The translations under genes and the position numbers were made by a program. The notes below the pieces were generated by a model. The model was not told the DNA's origin. It was given only the letters and a program-made list of their open reading frames with translations, and did no database searches. Shown one piece after another: positions 1 to 8,434 of a stretch of DNA of 64,000 nt. Positions within the stretch are counted from its first letter, which is position 1, and every line of letters begins with the position of its first letter. The stretch is from a virus. The stretch is from positions 1 through 64,000 of IMG/VR virus record IMGVR_UViG_3300010412_000003; one strand, 5' to 3'.

Positions 1-1
1 G

Positions 2-154
2 GATGGAATTTATACAACTTCTGTTGGGGAGGATACAATTGACGAAAGCGCATTTGCATACAAGCCAATGGATTACTTGTTGAGAAACATTAGTGATACA
101 GTTGATGTTGTCGCACACATCAAACCATTATACAATTTCAAGGCAGGTAATTAA
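2..154 (+). CDS. rtcB: RtcB-family RNA ligase, C-terminal fragment (gene truncated by window start)
   Basis: Not in ORF track; frame 2 reads DGIYTTSVGEDTIDESAFAYKPMDYLLRNISDTVDVVAHIKPLYNFKAGN*, matching the RtcB C-terminal DE(A/S)xxAYK ... IKPxYNFKA pattern. Confidence 0.8.
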   Translation, partial: DGIYTTSVGEDTIDESAFAYKPMDYLLRNISDTVDVVAHIKPLYNFKAGN

Positions 155-155
155 A

Positions 156-404
156 ATGGATGAAGAAAAAGAATATAGTTTTAAAAATTTTGACAAAAGT
201 AAGGTTGAGAAGGTGTATGCTGATCTTATGGAGAGAAGCGTAGTAGCATCTATGGCAATTCAATTTATAGAAGCAGTTGAGAGATCGGGTATTGAAAGTG
301 AAAGAGGCATTCAATATCTTGATCTTTTACAAAAAGTAATTGCCGAATACAAGAAGAAGAAACATGAGATTTATAAAGGAGAGGAAGGTAGTAAAAATGA
401 ATAA
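156..404 (+). CDS. hypothetical protein
   Basis: ORF track 93..404; ATG at 156 follows the rtcB stop directly. Confidence 0.65.
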   Translation: MDEEKEYSFKNFDKSKVEKVYADLMERSVVASMAIQFIEAVERSGIESERGIQYLDLLQKVIAEYKKKKHEIYKGEEGSKNE

Positions 405-804
405 AGGTGATAGTAATAGTGAAAATATGAATTATTTTACAGATGATAATACAAGTGGCGCATGGTATTGGCAACCAAGTTGTAATCCACCAGAACCAGT
501 TCCATATTTTCCAGTTGAAACAACAACCATTAGTTTTTCACCAGTGATCTCTAATCCAGTGCCAGTAAAAGTTATTTTCTATAATAATCTTGTTACTGTT
601 GTTTATTGGAGTGATGGTGATAAAACATCTGTAAAATGTACAGATGGAGAAGAGTTTTCAGAAGAGATTGGTCTTGCAATGTCATATGTAAAAAAATTTG
701 CTGGAAACAGATCGAAGTTTATGAAGATTTTGAAAAAATCATTTCACATGGAAAGCATTAGGAAACAAAAAAAACAAGATACAGAAATGGAAGAGCAGGA
801 ATGA
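397..804 (+). CDS. conserved phage hypothetical protein
   Basis: ATG 397 with GAGGAAGG RBS; VIFxxxxTVVYWSDGxKTxVKC...E(I)GLAM motif recalled from phage hypotheticals. Confidence 0.65.
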   Translation: MNKGDSNSENMNYFTDDNTSGAWYWQPSCNPPEPVPYFPVETTTISFSPVISNPVPVKVIFYNNLVTVVYWSDGDKTSVKCTDGEEFSEEIGLAMSYVKKFAGNRSKFMKILKKSFHMESIRKQKKQDTEMEEQE

Positions 805-1193
805 TTATTGAAAAGATATTAGAAGATTGGGAAGGTGTTGAGCTTAAAAGGAAAAGGAAGATGGTCATAGACTATCTTAATGAAAGAGCAAAAGAATTGC
901 CAGAGGATGTTGTTGCGCCATCTATAATGCTCATTAGACAAAACATTGATGAAGAGACAAGGTGTGAGGTTGTAGAAAATTTTGAAAAATATGGTGGTGT
1001 TTGGTGGACAAGACCAGATTTTCATTATCACTTTGGGGTAAAAGTTAGAAACATGCTAAGAGATTTAGTTTGTAATGATGATGTTTTACAAACAAAAAAT
1101 TGGGATGATTACTGGCAGATTGTTGTCGAAATTGCATTGGGACTAAGAAATGAAACCACAAGAGAATACACAAGAGAAGTTGAATTTAGTTAA
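801..1193 (+). CDS. hypothetical protein
   Basis: 130-aa ORF, ATGA overlap with upstream gene. Confidence 0.65.
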   Translation: MIIEKILEDWEGVELKRKRKMVIDYLNERAKELPEDVVAPSIMLIRQNIDEETRCEVVENFEKYGGVWWTRPDFHYHFGVKVRNMLRDLVCNDDVLQTKNWDDYWQIVVEIALGLRNETTREYTREVEFS

Positions 1194-1767
1194 AGATAAT
1201 AAATACAATATAATTTATATTGACCCACCTTGGAAATTTAAAACATACTCTCCAAAAGGTAAGGAAAAAAAATCAGCAGAAAACCATTATCCAACAATGA
1301 CCATCGAAGAAATTTACCAATTAGATTTAAAAAGAATTGCAAAGCCAGATTGTGTTTTATTTACTTGGGTAACATTCCCACTTTTAAAAGAAGGCTTGAT
1401 GGCAATAGAAAAATGGGGGTTTGAATATAAAACAAATGCATTTACTTGGGTGAAGAGAAACAAAATTGCAGATAGTTGGTTTTGGGGAACAGGTTATTGG
1501 ACTAGAGCAAATGCAGAGTTATGTTTGTTGGCAACAGTTGGAAGTCCAAAAAGAGTTTCACGTTCTGTACATCAGGTTCTTGACGACAGGGTAATGAGAC
1601 ATAGTAAAAAACCACAAACAGCTAGAGATAGAATTGTACAGTTGTGTGGTGATCTTCCAAGAATTGAAATTTTTGCCAGAGAACGGGATGTTGGTTGGGA
1701 TGCAACAGGTTATGACCTTGATGGATTAGATGTTAGAGATACGATTGGATTTAAAAATGTGGACTAA
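1150..1767 (+). CDS. MT-A70 family adenine methyltransferase
   Basis: IYIDPPW catalytic motif, HYPTM, WGFEYKT, GYWTRANAE, HSKKP, RIEIFAR. Confidence 0.9.
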   Translation: MKPQENTQEKLNLVKDNKYNIIYIDPPWKFKTYSPKGKEKKSAENHYPTMTIEEIYQLDLKRIAKPDCVLFTWVTFPLLKEGLMAIEKWGFEYKTNAFTWVKRNKIADSWFWGTGYWTRANAELCLLATVGSPKRVSRSVHQVLDDRVMRHSKKPQTARDRIVQLCGDLPRIEIFARERDVGWDATGYDLDGLDVRDTIGFKNVD

Positions 1768-1981
1768 AGAAGAGTTTATTCAAATTGCAGATAAGGAAAT
1801 AGAAAAAATAAAAGCAAGAAGTGGAAAAGTTTATTCTCAGTTTGGTTTGAATTTTGGCACAACTTATAATGATGATGTTAAATTTATAAAAGCTCATTAT
1901 GAGAATTTGGGATATGTTGTAACAACTCATATTTGCAAAAGACGTTTGGCAGATATATCAATACAATTCAACTCTAATTAA
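1757..1981 (+). CDS. hypothetical protein
   Basis: ORF track 1730..1981; ATG 1757 overlaps the end of the methyltransferase gene. Confidence 0.55.
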   Translation: MWTKEEFIQIADKEIEKIKARSGKVYSQFGLNFGTTYNDDVKFIKAHYENLGYVVTTHICKRRLADISIQFNSN

Positions 1982-2006
1982 CCCTGAAATTAATCTTGTT
2001 TTACCC

Positions 2007-2035
2007 TTGATTAAAACTTAATGTCATGGTAAAAT
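2007..2035 (+). promoter_or_regulatory. sigma70/sigmaA-type promoter
   Basis: TTGATT-17 bp-TAAAAT with TG extended -10, intergenic. Confidence 0.6.
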
Positions 2036-2067
2036 GATTGGTAATTGAGTTTAGTAAGGATGGTAAT

Positions 2068-2997
2068 ATGGGAAATTTTGATGTAGAAAAACATAAGATT
2101 TTTGAATGTATATCTGGTAGTCGTTTGTATGGGTTGAACAAACCCAATTCTGATTTTGATTATCGGGGTGTTGTGATTCCACCAATGGAAGTTCTTTTAA
2201 ATCCTTTTGAAAGCTTTGAGCAGAAAGACAAGGGTTTTGAAGAGGAAGATAGAACATTATATGCACTTGGAAAGTTCTTCAAACTTTGTGCTGATGCAAA
2301 CCCAAATATTGTTGAGCTTTTGTTTGTTCCACAATCACACATCCTATTTAAAACACCACATTGGAATTTAATCTTGCAGAACAAACACTTGTTCCTGAGC
2401 AAGAAAGCAAAGTATACATTTACTGGATATGCATTCAGCCAGTTGAAATCAATTCAGTCTCACAGGGTATGGTTTACAAACCCACCAGATCACAAACCAA
2501 CAAGAGAAGAGTTTGGTCTTATGGGGCATAGAAGTGTCAGCACAAAATTTGCTGAATTGGTTGCCAGTGGTGATTTGAGACTTGAGTATCTAAATGAAGA
2601 GTATGCAACTGAGGCAAGAAAAGAATTTGGGTATGCCAAGGCAAAAGAGGTTTGGGATAACTATATGTCTTGGTTCAATGGAAGAAATCCAGAGCGAAAA
2701 GCACTTGAGGAAAAATTTGGTTATGATACAAAAATGGCATCACATCTTTTTAGATTGATGTTGGAAGGTAGAGAGCTTTTACTGGAAGGTAAGATAACAT
2801 TTCCTCTTCCAGAGGCAGAGTTCGTCTTGGCAGTAAAAGAGGGAAAGTATACATATGAGGAAGTTCTTGAAATGGCTAAAGATTTTGACAATCAGTTTCA
2901 GGAATGGCATGATGTATCTGATCTTCCAAAAGCACCTGATCGAAAAAAGCTTGCTGATCTTTATTATTCACTAATCAATATAGAGGTTAGGAAATGA
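2068..2997 (+). CDS. RlaP-type (Pol-beta superfamily) nucleotidyltransferase
   Basis: SGSRLYGLNKPNSDFDYRGV (GS..DxD), ANPNIVELL, GYDTKMASHLFRL motifs. Confidence 0.85.
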   Translation: MGNFDVEKHKIFECISGSRLYGLNKPNSDFDYRGVVIPPMEVLLNPFESFEQKDKGFEEEDRTLYALGKFFKLCADANPNIVELLFVPQSHILFKTPHWNLILQNKHLFLSKKAKYTFTGYAFSQLKSIQSHRVWFTNPPDHKPTREEFGLMGHRSVSTKFAELVASGDLRLEYLNEEYATEARKEFGYAKAKEVWDNYMSWFNGRNPERKALEEKFGYDTKMASHLFRLMLEGRELLLEGKITFPLPEAEFVLAVKEGKYTYEEVLEMAKDFDNQFQEWHDVSDLPKAPDRKKLADLYYSLINIEVRK

Positions 2998-3203
2998 AAA
3001 TAATTGCAGATAGAAATACTAAAAAAGGAGCAAAGGTTCTTTTTCAATATTATCCAGAACGTCAGTTTGGTGACAATATGTATGTTTCTTGTGTCAATGG
3101 AATTACTATATTAAATATTCAATACAAGGGCAGTTTAAAAGATGAAGATGTTTTAAAATTCTTGGATGATGTTGTAGATTTATTGGAAAGGGCAGGTCAT
3201 TAA
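2994..3203 (+). CDS. hypothetical protein
   Basis: 69-aa ORF, ATGA overlap, GAGG RBS. Confidence 0.6.
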   Translation: MKIIADRNTKKGAKVLFQYYPERQFGDNMYVSCVNGITILNIQYKGSLKDEDVLKFLDDVVDLLERAGH

Positions 3204-3204
3204 A

Positions 3205-3504
3205 ATGGATGAAGAAACTAAAAAATATGTTGATGATAAAATAGAATGTATTTCAAAAATATTGAAAGATATTAAGTCAAAAAGTGTTCTAACATATGCC
3301 CAAATAAATTTTATTTTGTTTTTGTTTTCTGTTGGATATTTGTGGGAAGATCGTATTTACATGCTATGGCAAAATGATAGTTTTTGGGAAACAGTGGTTG
3401 GTTTTTTCACTGCTTGGTTTCTTCACCCACTGTTTGTTGGTATGAAGCTTGCTGGTCTTGACATTTCACGATTAGATTTGATTCTCCTTGAGGCAATCAA
3501 ATAA
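3205..3504 (+). CDS. hypothetical membrane protein
   Basis: 99-aa ORF with two hydrophobic segments. Confidence 0.6.
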   Translation: MDEETKKYVDDKIECISKILKDIKSKSVLTYAQINFILFLFSVGYLWEDRIYMLWQNDSFWETVVGFFTAWFLHPLFVGMKLAGLDISRLDLILLEAIK

Positions 3505-3507
3505 GAT

Positions 3508-4017
3508 ATGGCTAAATCAATAGATCAGGATTCGATAGGTACTGTTTATGTTTACTGTGATGGTGGTTGTAGAGGAAATCAAAATAAAGAAAATGTTGGT
3601 GGTTGGGGTGTGTATTTGAAACGTGGTCAATTTCGTGAACATAAAATGAATGGTTCTAAAAAAAATACCACAAATAATGAAATGGAATTAATAGCAGTTA
3701 TTGAAGCATTAAAATTTTTAGGAAATAAAAAACGAGAAACAATTATAATTGTAGATAGTAATTATGTTTATAGTGGAATAACAAATTGGATTTATGGCTG
3801 GATTGAAAGAGGATGGAAAACAAAGTCAAAATCACCAGTAAAAAATATGAAATTATGGAAGGAGCTATTATCACTTAAATTACAATTTGAAAACATTAAG
3901 TTTGAATTATGTAAGGGTCATTCCGAAATAGAAGGGAATGAGATTGCAGATCAGCTTGCAAATAAGGCAATGGATGATTTAGAAAAATTTGAATCTATGG
4001 GAGATAGTGATGTTTAA
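3508..4017 (+). CDS. rnhA: ribonuclease HI
   Basis: YCDGGCRGN, TTNNEMEL, VDSNYV, GWKT, VKNxxLW, KGHS..GNEIADQLA. Confidence 0.93.
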   Translation: MAKSIDQDSIGTVYVYCDGGCRGNQNKENVGGWGVYLKRGQFREHKMNGSKKNTTNNEMELIAVIEALKFLGNKKRETIIIVDSNYVYSGITNWIYGWIERGWKTKSKSPVKNMKLWKELLSLKLQFENIKFELCKGHSEIEGNEIADQLANKAMDDLEKFESMGDSDV

Positions 4018-4540
4018 AAAACAAAGCGTTTTATTTTTGGTGGTGTTAGTTTTAATTTCATTGTTATTGGTTGGTTGTATGCCAGATACGCAAACAACTG
4101 ATAATGGGTTGGTTGTAAACAAGGTGCAGGATACACAATTGTATCATGTTTATATGCTTGTTGAGTCTGGTGATCAGTATTCAAGCTTGAGGGGTGAGAG
4201 TGGTGGTGTTTTCATTAATGGAACTGGAAATTTTAGTAGTTCGATTTGGGAAGATGGTAAAGGAATGGTTCGTGGTATTTTGGTAGAAGTTGAACCAGAA
4301 CCACAGTGGGTTTCCAATATCTTGAATGAGGTTGATAATCCAATATTCATTGTAAAAACAACTGATAGAAAAGCAACAATGGGCAAAGGTGGGGATTTAT
4401 TACATTTGGTTTGCACTACAGATTATGAACCAACATGCACAAAGGATTTAGAGACCCTTGATATATTTTGTGAAGAAACATGGGAGTTTGATTTTTGCAG
4501 ACTAATCTGGATTGATCGAGAAAGTGAGATTGTAGAATGA
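4010..4540 (+). CDS. putative lipoprotein
   Basis: MFKKQ + hydrophobic stretch + LLVGC lipobox. Confidence 0.7.
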   Translation: MFKKQSVLFLVVLVLISLLLVGCMPDTQTTDNGLVVNKVQDTQLYHVYMLVESGDQYSSLRGESGGVFINGTGNFSSSIWEDGKGMVRGILVEVEPEPQWVSNILNEVDNPIFIVKTTDRKATMGKGGDLLHLVCTTDYEPTCTKDLETLDIFCEETWEFDFCRLIWIDRESEIVE

Positions 4541-4656
4541 GGGTTGTAATTGGAATGATTGGTTATGTTATTGGGATTGTTCTTGGGGTTCGTTTTGGGG
4601 AGTATGTTGTTACTAGAAAGTTTTGGTCAAACTGGATGAAAAAGGTGGTAAAATAA
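4537..4656 (+). CDS. small membrane protein (39 aa)
   Basis: MRVVIGMIGYVIGIVLGVRFGEYVVTRKFWSNWMKKVVK; ATGA overlap; below ORF-track cutoff. Confidence 0.5.
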   Translation: MRVVIGMIGYVIGIVLGVRFGEYVVTRKFWSNWMKKVVK

Positions 4657-4760
4657 TGGTAGTGATAACTGAAAAATTAATTAAGGCTGTAGTAATTACA
4701 ATTGGTGTTCTTTTAATAGTTGGAATAATTGCAGGTTTGTATTTTTGGGCAATGGGATAA
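4656..4760 (+). CDS. small membrane protein (34 aa)
   Basis: MVVITEKLIKAVVITIGVLLIVGIIAGLYFWAMG; TAATG coupling, AAGGTGG RBS. Confidence 0.5.
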   Translation: MVVITEKLIKAVVITIGVLLIVGIIAGLYFWAMG

Positions 4761-4764
4761 TAAA

Positions 4765-5163
4765 ATGAAGATTTTATTTTTAGAAGACAATGATGAAAGA
4801 ATTTTCAAAGCACAGCAATTGTATAAAAATGTTGAGGTCTTATCAATTGCGAAGACAGCATCTATTGCAATTGAATTTTTGAAAACAAGACTTTCATATG
4901 ATGTAGTTCATTTAGACCATGATCTCGGTGGTGAAGTGTATGTTGACTCAAGTCGAGAAGATTGTGGCATGGAAGTTGTTAGGTTTTTATGCGAGAACAA
5001 TCACATTTATTCTGATGTTGTCAAGGTTGTTACAGTACACTCTTGGAATATACCAGCATCACAGGAAATGTTTAAGAAGTTGCGTGAGGCTGGATATACA
5101 ACATTTATGATTCCCTTTGGTGTTCAAAATTGGGATATTGGAAATCATATTGATCTTGTTTGA
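4765..5163 (+). CDS. cyclic-phosphate processing receiver-domain protein
   Basis: MKILFLED, VHLDHDLGG, CGMEVVRFL, VHSWN motifs of the stand-alone receiver-like family. Confidence 0.75.
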   Translation: MKILFLEDNDERIFKAQQLYKNVEVLSIAKTASIAIEFLKTRLSYDVVHLDHDLGGEVYVDSSREDCGMEVVRFLCENNHIYSDVVKVVTVHSWNIPASQEMFKKLREAGYTTFMIPFGVQNWDIGNHIDLV

Positions 5164-5366
5164 AAATGAATAAAGTAATAATGTATGGATTGATCTACAA
5201 AAACGGAATGCCACATGCAACATTTTCAGCACCATACATAGTTAATAATCATGGTGAGGAAGAGTTTGATCTTCCAATGATTGCTGATGAAGATAGTGAC
5301 AATGGAGACCTGTATTATATTGATATTTTAGAAGTTGTTTCAAAAGAAGACGAAATTGACCCTTGA
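5160..5366 (+). CDS. hypothetical protein
   Basis: 68-aa acidic ORF. Confidence 0.55.
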   Translation: MKMNKVIMYGLIYKNGMPHATFSAPYIVNNHGEEEFDLPMIADEDSDNGDLYYIDILEVVSKEDEIDP

Positions 5367-5391
5367 CAAATATTTTATTTAAGATTATAAT
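5363..5391 (+). promoter_or_regulatory. consensus sigma70/sigmaA promoter
   Basis: TTGACA-17 bp-TATAAT directly upstream of the recombinase RBS (AAGGAG). Confidence 0.85.
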
Positions 5392-5421
5392 TAGTCATAA
5401 TCAAAAAACAAGGAGTTCAAA

Positions 5422-6279
5422 ATGTTCAACAAATACACTGAGTATATCAACAATTTGAAAGCAGAAGGAAAAAGCGAACACACTATTGCATCATACTCTG
5501 CTGGAATTGAACCTTTCTTGAACCACTTTGGAATCAACACTGTGGAAGATATTGTAAATATTTCCAAAAGCGAAATTGTAGAATATCGAAATTCAATTAA
5601 TGGAAAACCATCCACTGTAAATGCGAGAATGAGACCAGTGAAGGCATTTCTAAACTGGATGGTTGACATGGATTACATTGAAACCAATCCTGTATCACGA
5701 ATTAAAAGTTTGAAAGAATCAAAGAGAGTTCCATTGATTTTGACAGATGAAGAGGTTATTGCAATGTTGAATGCTTGTGATAACACTCAGGAAAAACTCA
5801 TGGTTGCAATGATGATCACAACTGGAATGCGAGTAAATGAATTAGTTCTGGCAAAAGTTAGTGATGTTCGTGAAAATAGAATTCTTGTTCATGGAAAAGG
5901 TGACAAGGAGCGTTGGGTTGCATTGCAGAGTTGGGTAGTTGATCTTTTGAATGCACATCTTTCAGAGAATAAAGATGAATATCTTTTCCCATCACGCAGG
6001 GGTGGTGATCAGGTAACTACAAATGCAATTCGTTATCGAATCAAGAGAATTGCTAAGAATGCTGGTGTTGAAGAAGAACGTCTTTCTAAGATCACACCAC
6101 ACTCAACTCGAAGATACTTTGCAACTGCTGTATTGAATAATGGAACAGACATTGCTGTTGTGCAACAACTTATGGGACATGCATCAATCAACACAACATT
6201 GCGCTATGCACAGGTTTTGCACTCAACTATGGACAATGCTCTTGAGAGCAAGTTTGGGAATTTCAACAATGGGAAGTAA
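5422..6279 (+). CDS. XerC/D-like tyrosine recombinase/integrase
   Basis: TGMRVNEL, HGKGDKER, HSTRRYFAT, MGH...TTLRY catalytic R-K-H-R-H-Y. Confidence 0.93.
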   Translation: MFNKYTEYINNLKAEGKSEHTIASYSAGIEPFLNHFGINTVEDIVNISKSEIVEYRNSINGKPSTVNARMRPVKAFLNWMVDMDYIETNPVSRIKSLKESKRVPLILTDEEVIAMLNACDNTQEKLMVAMMITTGMRVNELVLAKVSDVRENRILVHGKGDKERWVALQSWVVDLLNAHLSENKDEYLFPSRRGGDQVTTNAIRYRIKRIAKNAGVEEERLSKITPHSTRRYFATAVLNNGTDIAVVQQLMGHASINTTLRYAQVLHSTMDNALESKFGNFNNGK

Positions 6280-6469
6280 GTATAAAAACAAAATCACAAT
6301 CAAAAAACCAAAAACAATACTTGAGTTTTTTGGTGGAGACCTAGAGCATCCTCAAACACTTGAGGATGCTCGAAAAAAAATGTGGGATAGGATGATGGCT
6401 TTGAAAGCTGGATATGGTTTGAAATTAAATCATAAAACAGGAAAACTAGAAACATTTAGGTTTAGATAA
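6269..6469 (+). CDS. hypothetical protein
   Basis: 3' part of track ORF 6140..6469, ATG 6269. Confidence 0.5.
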   Translation: MGSKYKNKITIKKPKTILEFFGGDLEHPQTLEDARKKMWDRMMALKAGYGLKLNHKTGKLETFRFR

Positions 6470-6480
6470 GGAGATCGAAA

Positions 6481-6717
6481 ATGGAAAATGTAATTGTTGT
6501 TTTTACAATGGGAAATAGCACAAAGGGTTCTTCGCATAGGGTTGTAATTCCAAAAGATTTTACTGTAAGCGAAAAAGATGCTATTGGAATGGCAACAGAA
6601 GCATTGGCTGAAAAACTTGGTTTGGATGTTTCAAATATTGAAGATATGTTTGCGGTTGAATTGGTTCAATATGTTGAGGGACTTGTGGTTTTCTCTGATT
6701 CTTGGGACAATGGGTAA
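6481..6717 (+). CDS. hypothetical protein
   Basis: 78-aa ORF with AAGGAG RBS. Confidence 0.65.
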   Translation: MENVIVVFTMGNSTKGSSHRVVIPKDFTVSEKDAIGMATEALAEKLGLDVSNIEDMFAVELVQYVEGLVVFSDSWDNG

Positions 6718-6967
6718 AAAAATGATCGAGAAAAATTATTATGATTGTAAATATTGTGAGACAACCAGAGAGGTTGGAGAGTTTTGTGGTTGTGATGGCT
6801 CTGTTGCTGAATTGTTGGTTGCAAGGGGTGATGATGCAATTAGAGTGTTGCAAAGGTTGTATGTTGGTGGGAGTACAGATTTAGAAGAGCTTGAAGTTGT
6901 AATTAATAATTGGAAAAATGCCAGAAGTCATGCGACAAGTGAGGGAATGGAACATGAGAATTTATAA
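6710..6967 (+). CDS. hypothetical protein with CxxC...CxC motif
   Basis: CKYC...CGC; ATG 6710. Confidence 0.55.
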   Translation: MGKKMIEKNYYDCKYCETTREVGEFCGCDGSVAELLVARGDDAIRVLQRLYVGGSTDLEELEVVINNWKNARSHATSEGMEHENL

Positions 6968-7073
6968 AAATGACGAAGAGGGTTTTGGAATTGAACTTGA
7001 GTATCTTGACTGGTTTGCAATTCTAATGATTGTTGTTATGGTTGGAACTTTTGCTGTAGAATTATCTAAATAA
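6954..7073 (+). CDS. small membrane protein (39 aa)
   Basis: MRIYKNDEEGFGIELEYLDWFAILMIVVMVGTFAVELSK, fills intergenic gap. Confidence 0.45.
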   Translation: MRIYKNDEEGFGIELEYLDWFAILMIVVMVGTFAVELSK

Positions 7074-7100
7074 AAGAAGTGTTTTATTAAGGAATATAAA

Positions 7101-7583
7101 ATGAAAACAGAAGAGGTTATGAAAAGAGAGGATGTGAATAATTTAAAGAAGGTCAGCAAGTCTGACACACACTTTATGTTGTATGCAAAATATCATTATG
7201 AAAAATCAAATGATGTTATTGGTGATCTCATTACAATTTATAAAAGATTTTATGTTGTTCCTGATCAGGTAATTGACAATGATTTGGAAAGAGAATATTG
7301 TATTAAATATATTTTTTCTATTTTGAGAGATATGGTTTATGAATATTATCTTAATGAATCAGGGGTAAATCAAGAATATCGTTTTCAGGAAATTATCAAA
7401 ACAATGAGAAATGCTAGTCATGATGTTGGATATATTTTGGGATTTTTGAGTATGATTTCATTAGTAAAAGTTAAAGATGTATTAGAGCTTGCAGAAGAGG
7501 CAGATGAAACATTGTTACCATTGTCAAAAGGTTTGATTGAAAAAAGAAGGCTTGAATTACTTGACAATAAATATAACCTATGA
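7101..7583 (+). CDS. hypothetical protein
   Basis: 160-aa ORF with AAGGA RBS. Confidence 0.65.
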   Translation: MKTEEVMKREDVNNLKKVSKSDTHFMLYAKYHYEKSNDVIGDLITIYKRFYVVPDQVIDNDLEREYCIKYIFSILRDMVYEYYLNESGVNQEYRFQEIIKTMRNASHDVGYILGFLSMISLVKVKDVLELAEEADETLLPLSKGLIEKRRLELLDNKYNL

Positions 7584-7589
7584 TAGAAT
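7561..7589 (+). promoter_or_regulatory. sigma70/sigmaA promoter
   Basis: TTGACA-17 bp-TAGAAT with TG extension. Confidence 0.8.
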
Positions 7590-7631
7590 CATCACTAAGA
7601 TAAACAATAACTTAAATAGGAGATTAATTAA

Positions 7632-8063
7632 ATGAAAAATCAAATTGTTTATGATGAAGATGGAAATCCAGTAGGTGTTTTGGATATTAAAAAGGGAGAA
7701 TATCTTCCACTGCTAACCAATAAAGTTGTAAATGGTATTACAGAAATTGTTAACAGCACTGCTGAAAATGGAATTAGGGAACTGTCAAAAAATATTGTTG
7801 AAATGATCTTTGGTGGTGTTACAACTATTGTGGTTACTCGACATTCAAGTTGGGTTGCAGGGTTTCAGTATGACAGTTTGAATGAAGCTTTGATTGTTTA
7901 CACAAAGCGAGAAGGTTATAATGATGAACACATGATTAATCTTGATAAGTATTACACCATAGAAAATGTTACTTGGAGTGAGGTTTCTTATCTTATTGAA
8001 ACTGCAAAAGTTGGAAATTCTATTGGCAGGGTTATTCATAGAATGCAAAATGCTCGAAAATAG
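7632..8063 (+). CDS. KTSC-like domain protein (C-terminal)
   Basis: SSWVAGFQYD...LIVYTK...YYTIENV...SIGRVIH resembles the KTSC pattern SSxIxxxxYD..L.V.F...Y.Y.xV...S.GR. Confidence 0.55.
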   Translation: MKNQIVYDEDGNPVGVLDIKKGEYLPLLTNKVVNGITEIVNSTAENGIRELSKNIVEMIFGGVTTIVVTRHSSWVAGFQYDSLNEALIVYTKREGYNDEHMINLDKYYTIENVTWSEVSYLIETAKVGNSIGRVIHRMQNARK

Positions 8064-8076
8064 ACTGACCAATTTC

Positions 8077-8104
8077 TTGACAAATAAAAAAAATCTGTTA
8101 TAAT
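8077..8104 (+). promoter_or_regulatory. sigma70/sigmaA promoter P1 of ncRNA cluster
   Basis: TTGACA-16 bp-TATAAT with TG extension; no ORF downstream. Confidence 0.75.
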
Positions 8105-8109
8105 ATTCA

Positions 8110-8190
8110 TAGTTATCCTTTTGGTTTGGTTGGTTTGTTGAAAGTCAAGGGAATTGCAGGTGGGAACTTGATGAATTCCCTTGACTTGAA
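8110..8190 (+). ncRNA. candidate small RNA: anti-SD/GU-rich 5' tail plus strong hairpin
   Basis: TAGTTATCCTTTTGGTTTGGTTGGTTTGTTG followed by stem AAGTCAAGGGAATT (8142-8155)/AATTCCCTTGACTT (8174-8187). Confidence 0.5.
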
Positions 8191-8209
8191 AATAAAATCA
8201 AGGTATAAT
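8181..8209 (+). promoter_or_regulatory. sigma70/sigmaA promoter P2 of ncRNA cluster
   Basis: TTGACT-17 bp-TATAAT. Confidence 0.75.
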
Positions 8210-8238
8210 AAATAGGAAAGTTGGACTTTTACAAAAAA

Positions 8239-8429
8239 TATAATTGGCTTTTACGCCTCTTGATCTAAATATCTGATACTGGCTGTACACTGGTGTAGGG
8301 TGGGTCGCTCTACTAGGTGAGAGGATACATCCGAGGAAGGATGGGAGTATCACCTAATCAGATGGATACCAGAGGTACACTGGTGAAGATGGGGAGACTA
8401 TCTTCCAAGGGGCATAAAAGTCAATTATA
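8239..8429 (+). ncRNA. ~190-nt multi-stem structured RNA of unknown class
   Basis: 24-bp closing stem 8239-8262/8406-8429 with G-U pairs; internal stems ATCTGAT/ATCAGAT, GTAGGGTG/CGCTCTAC, TAGGTGA/TCACCTA, GAAGATGG/CTATCTTC. Confidence 0.7.
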
Positions 8430-8434
8430 AAAAT

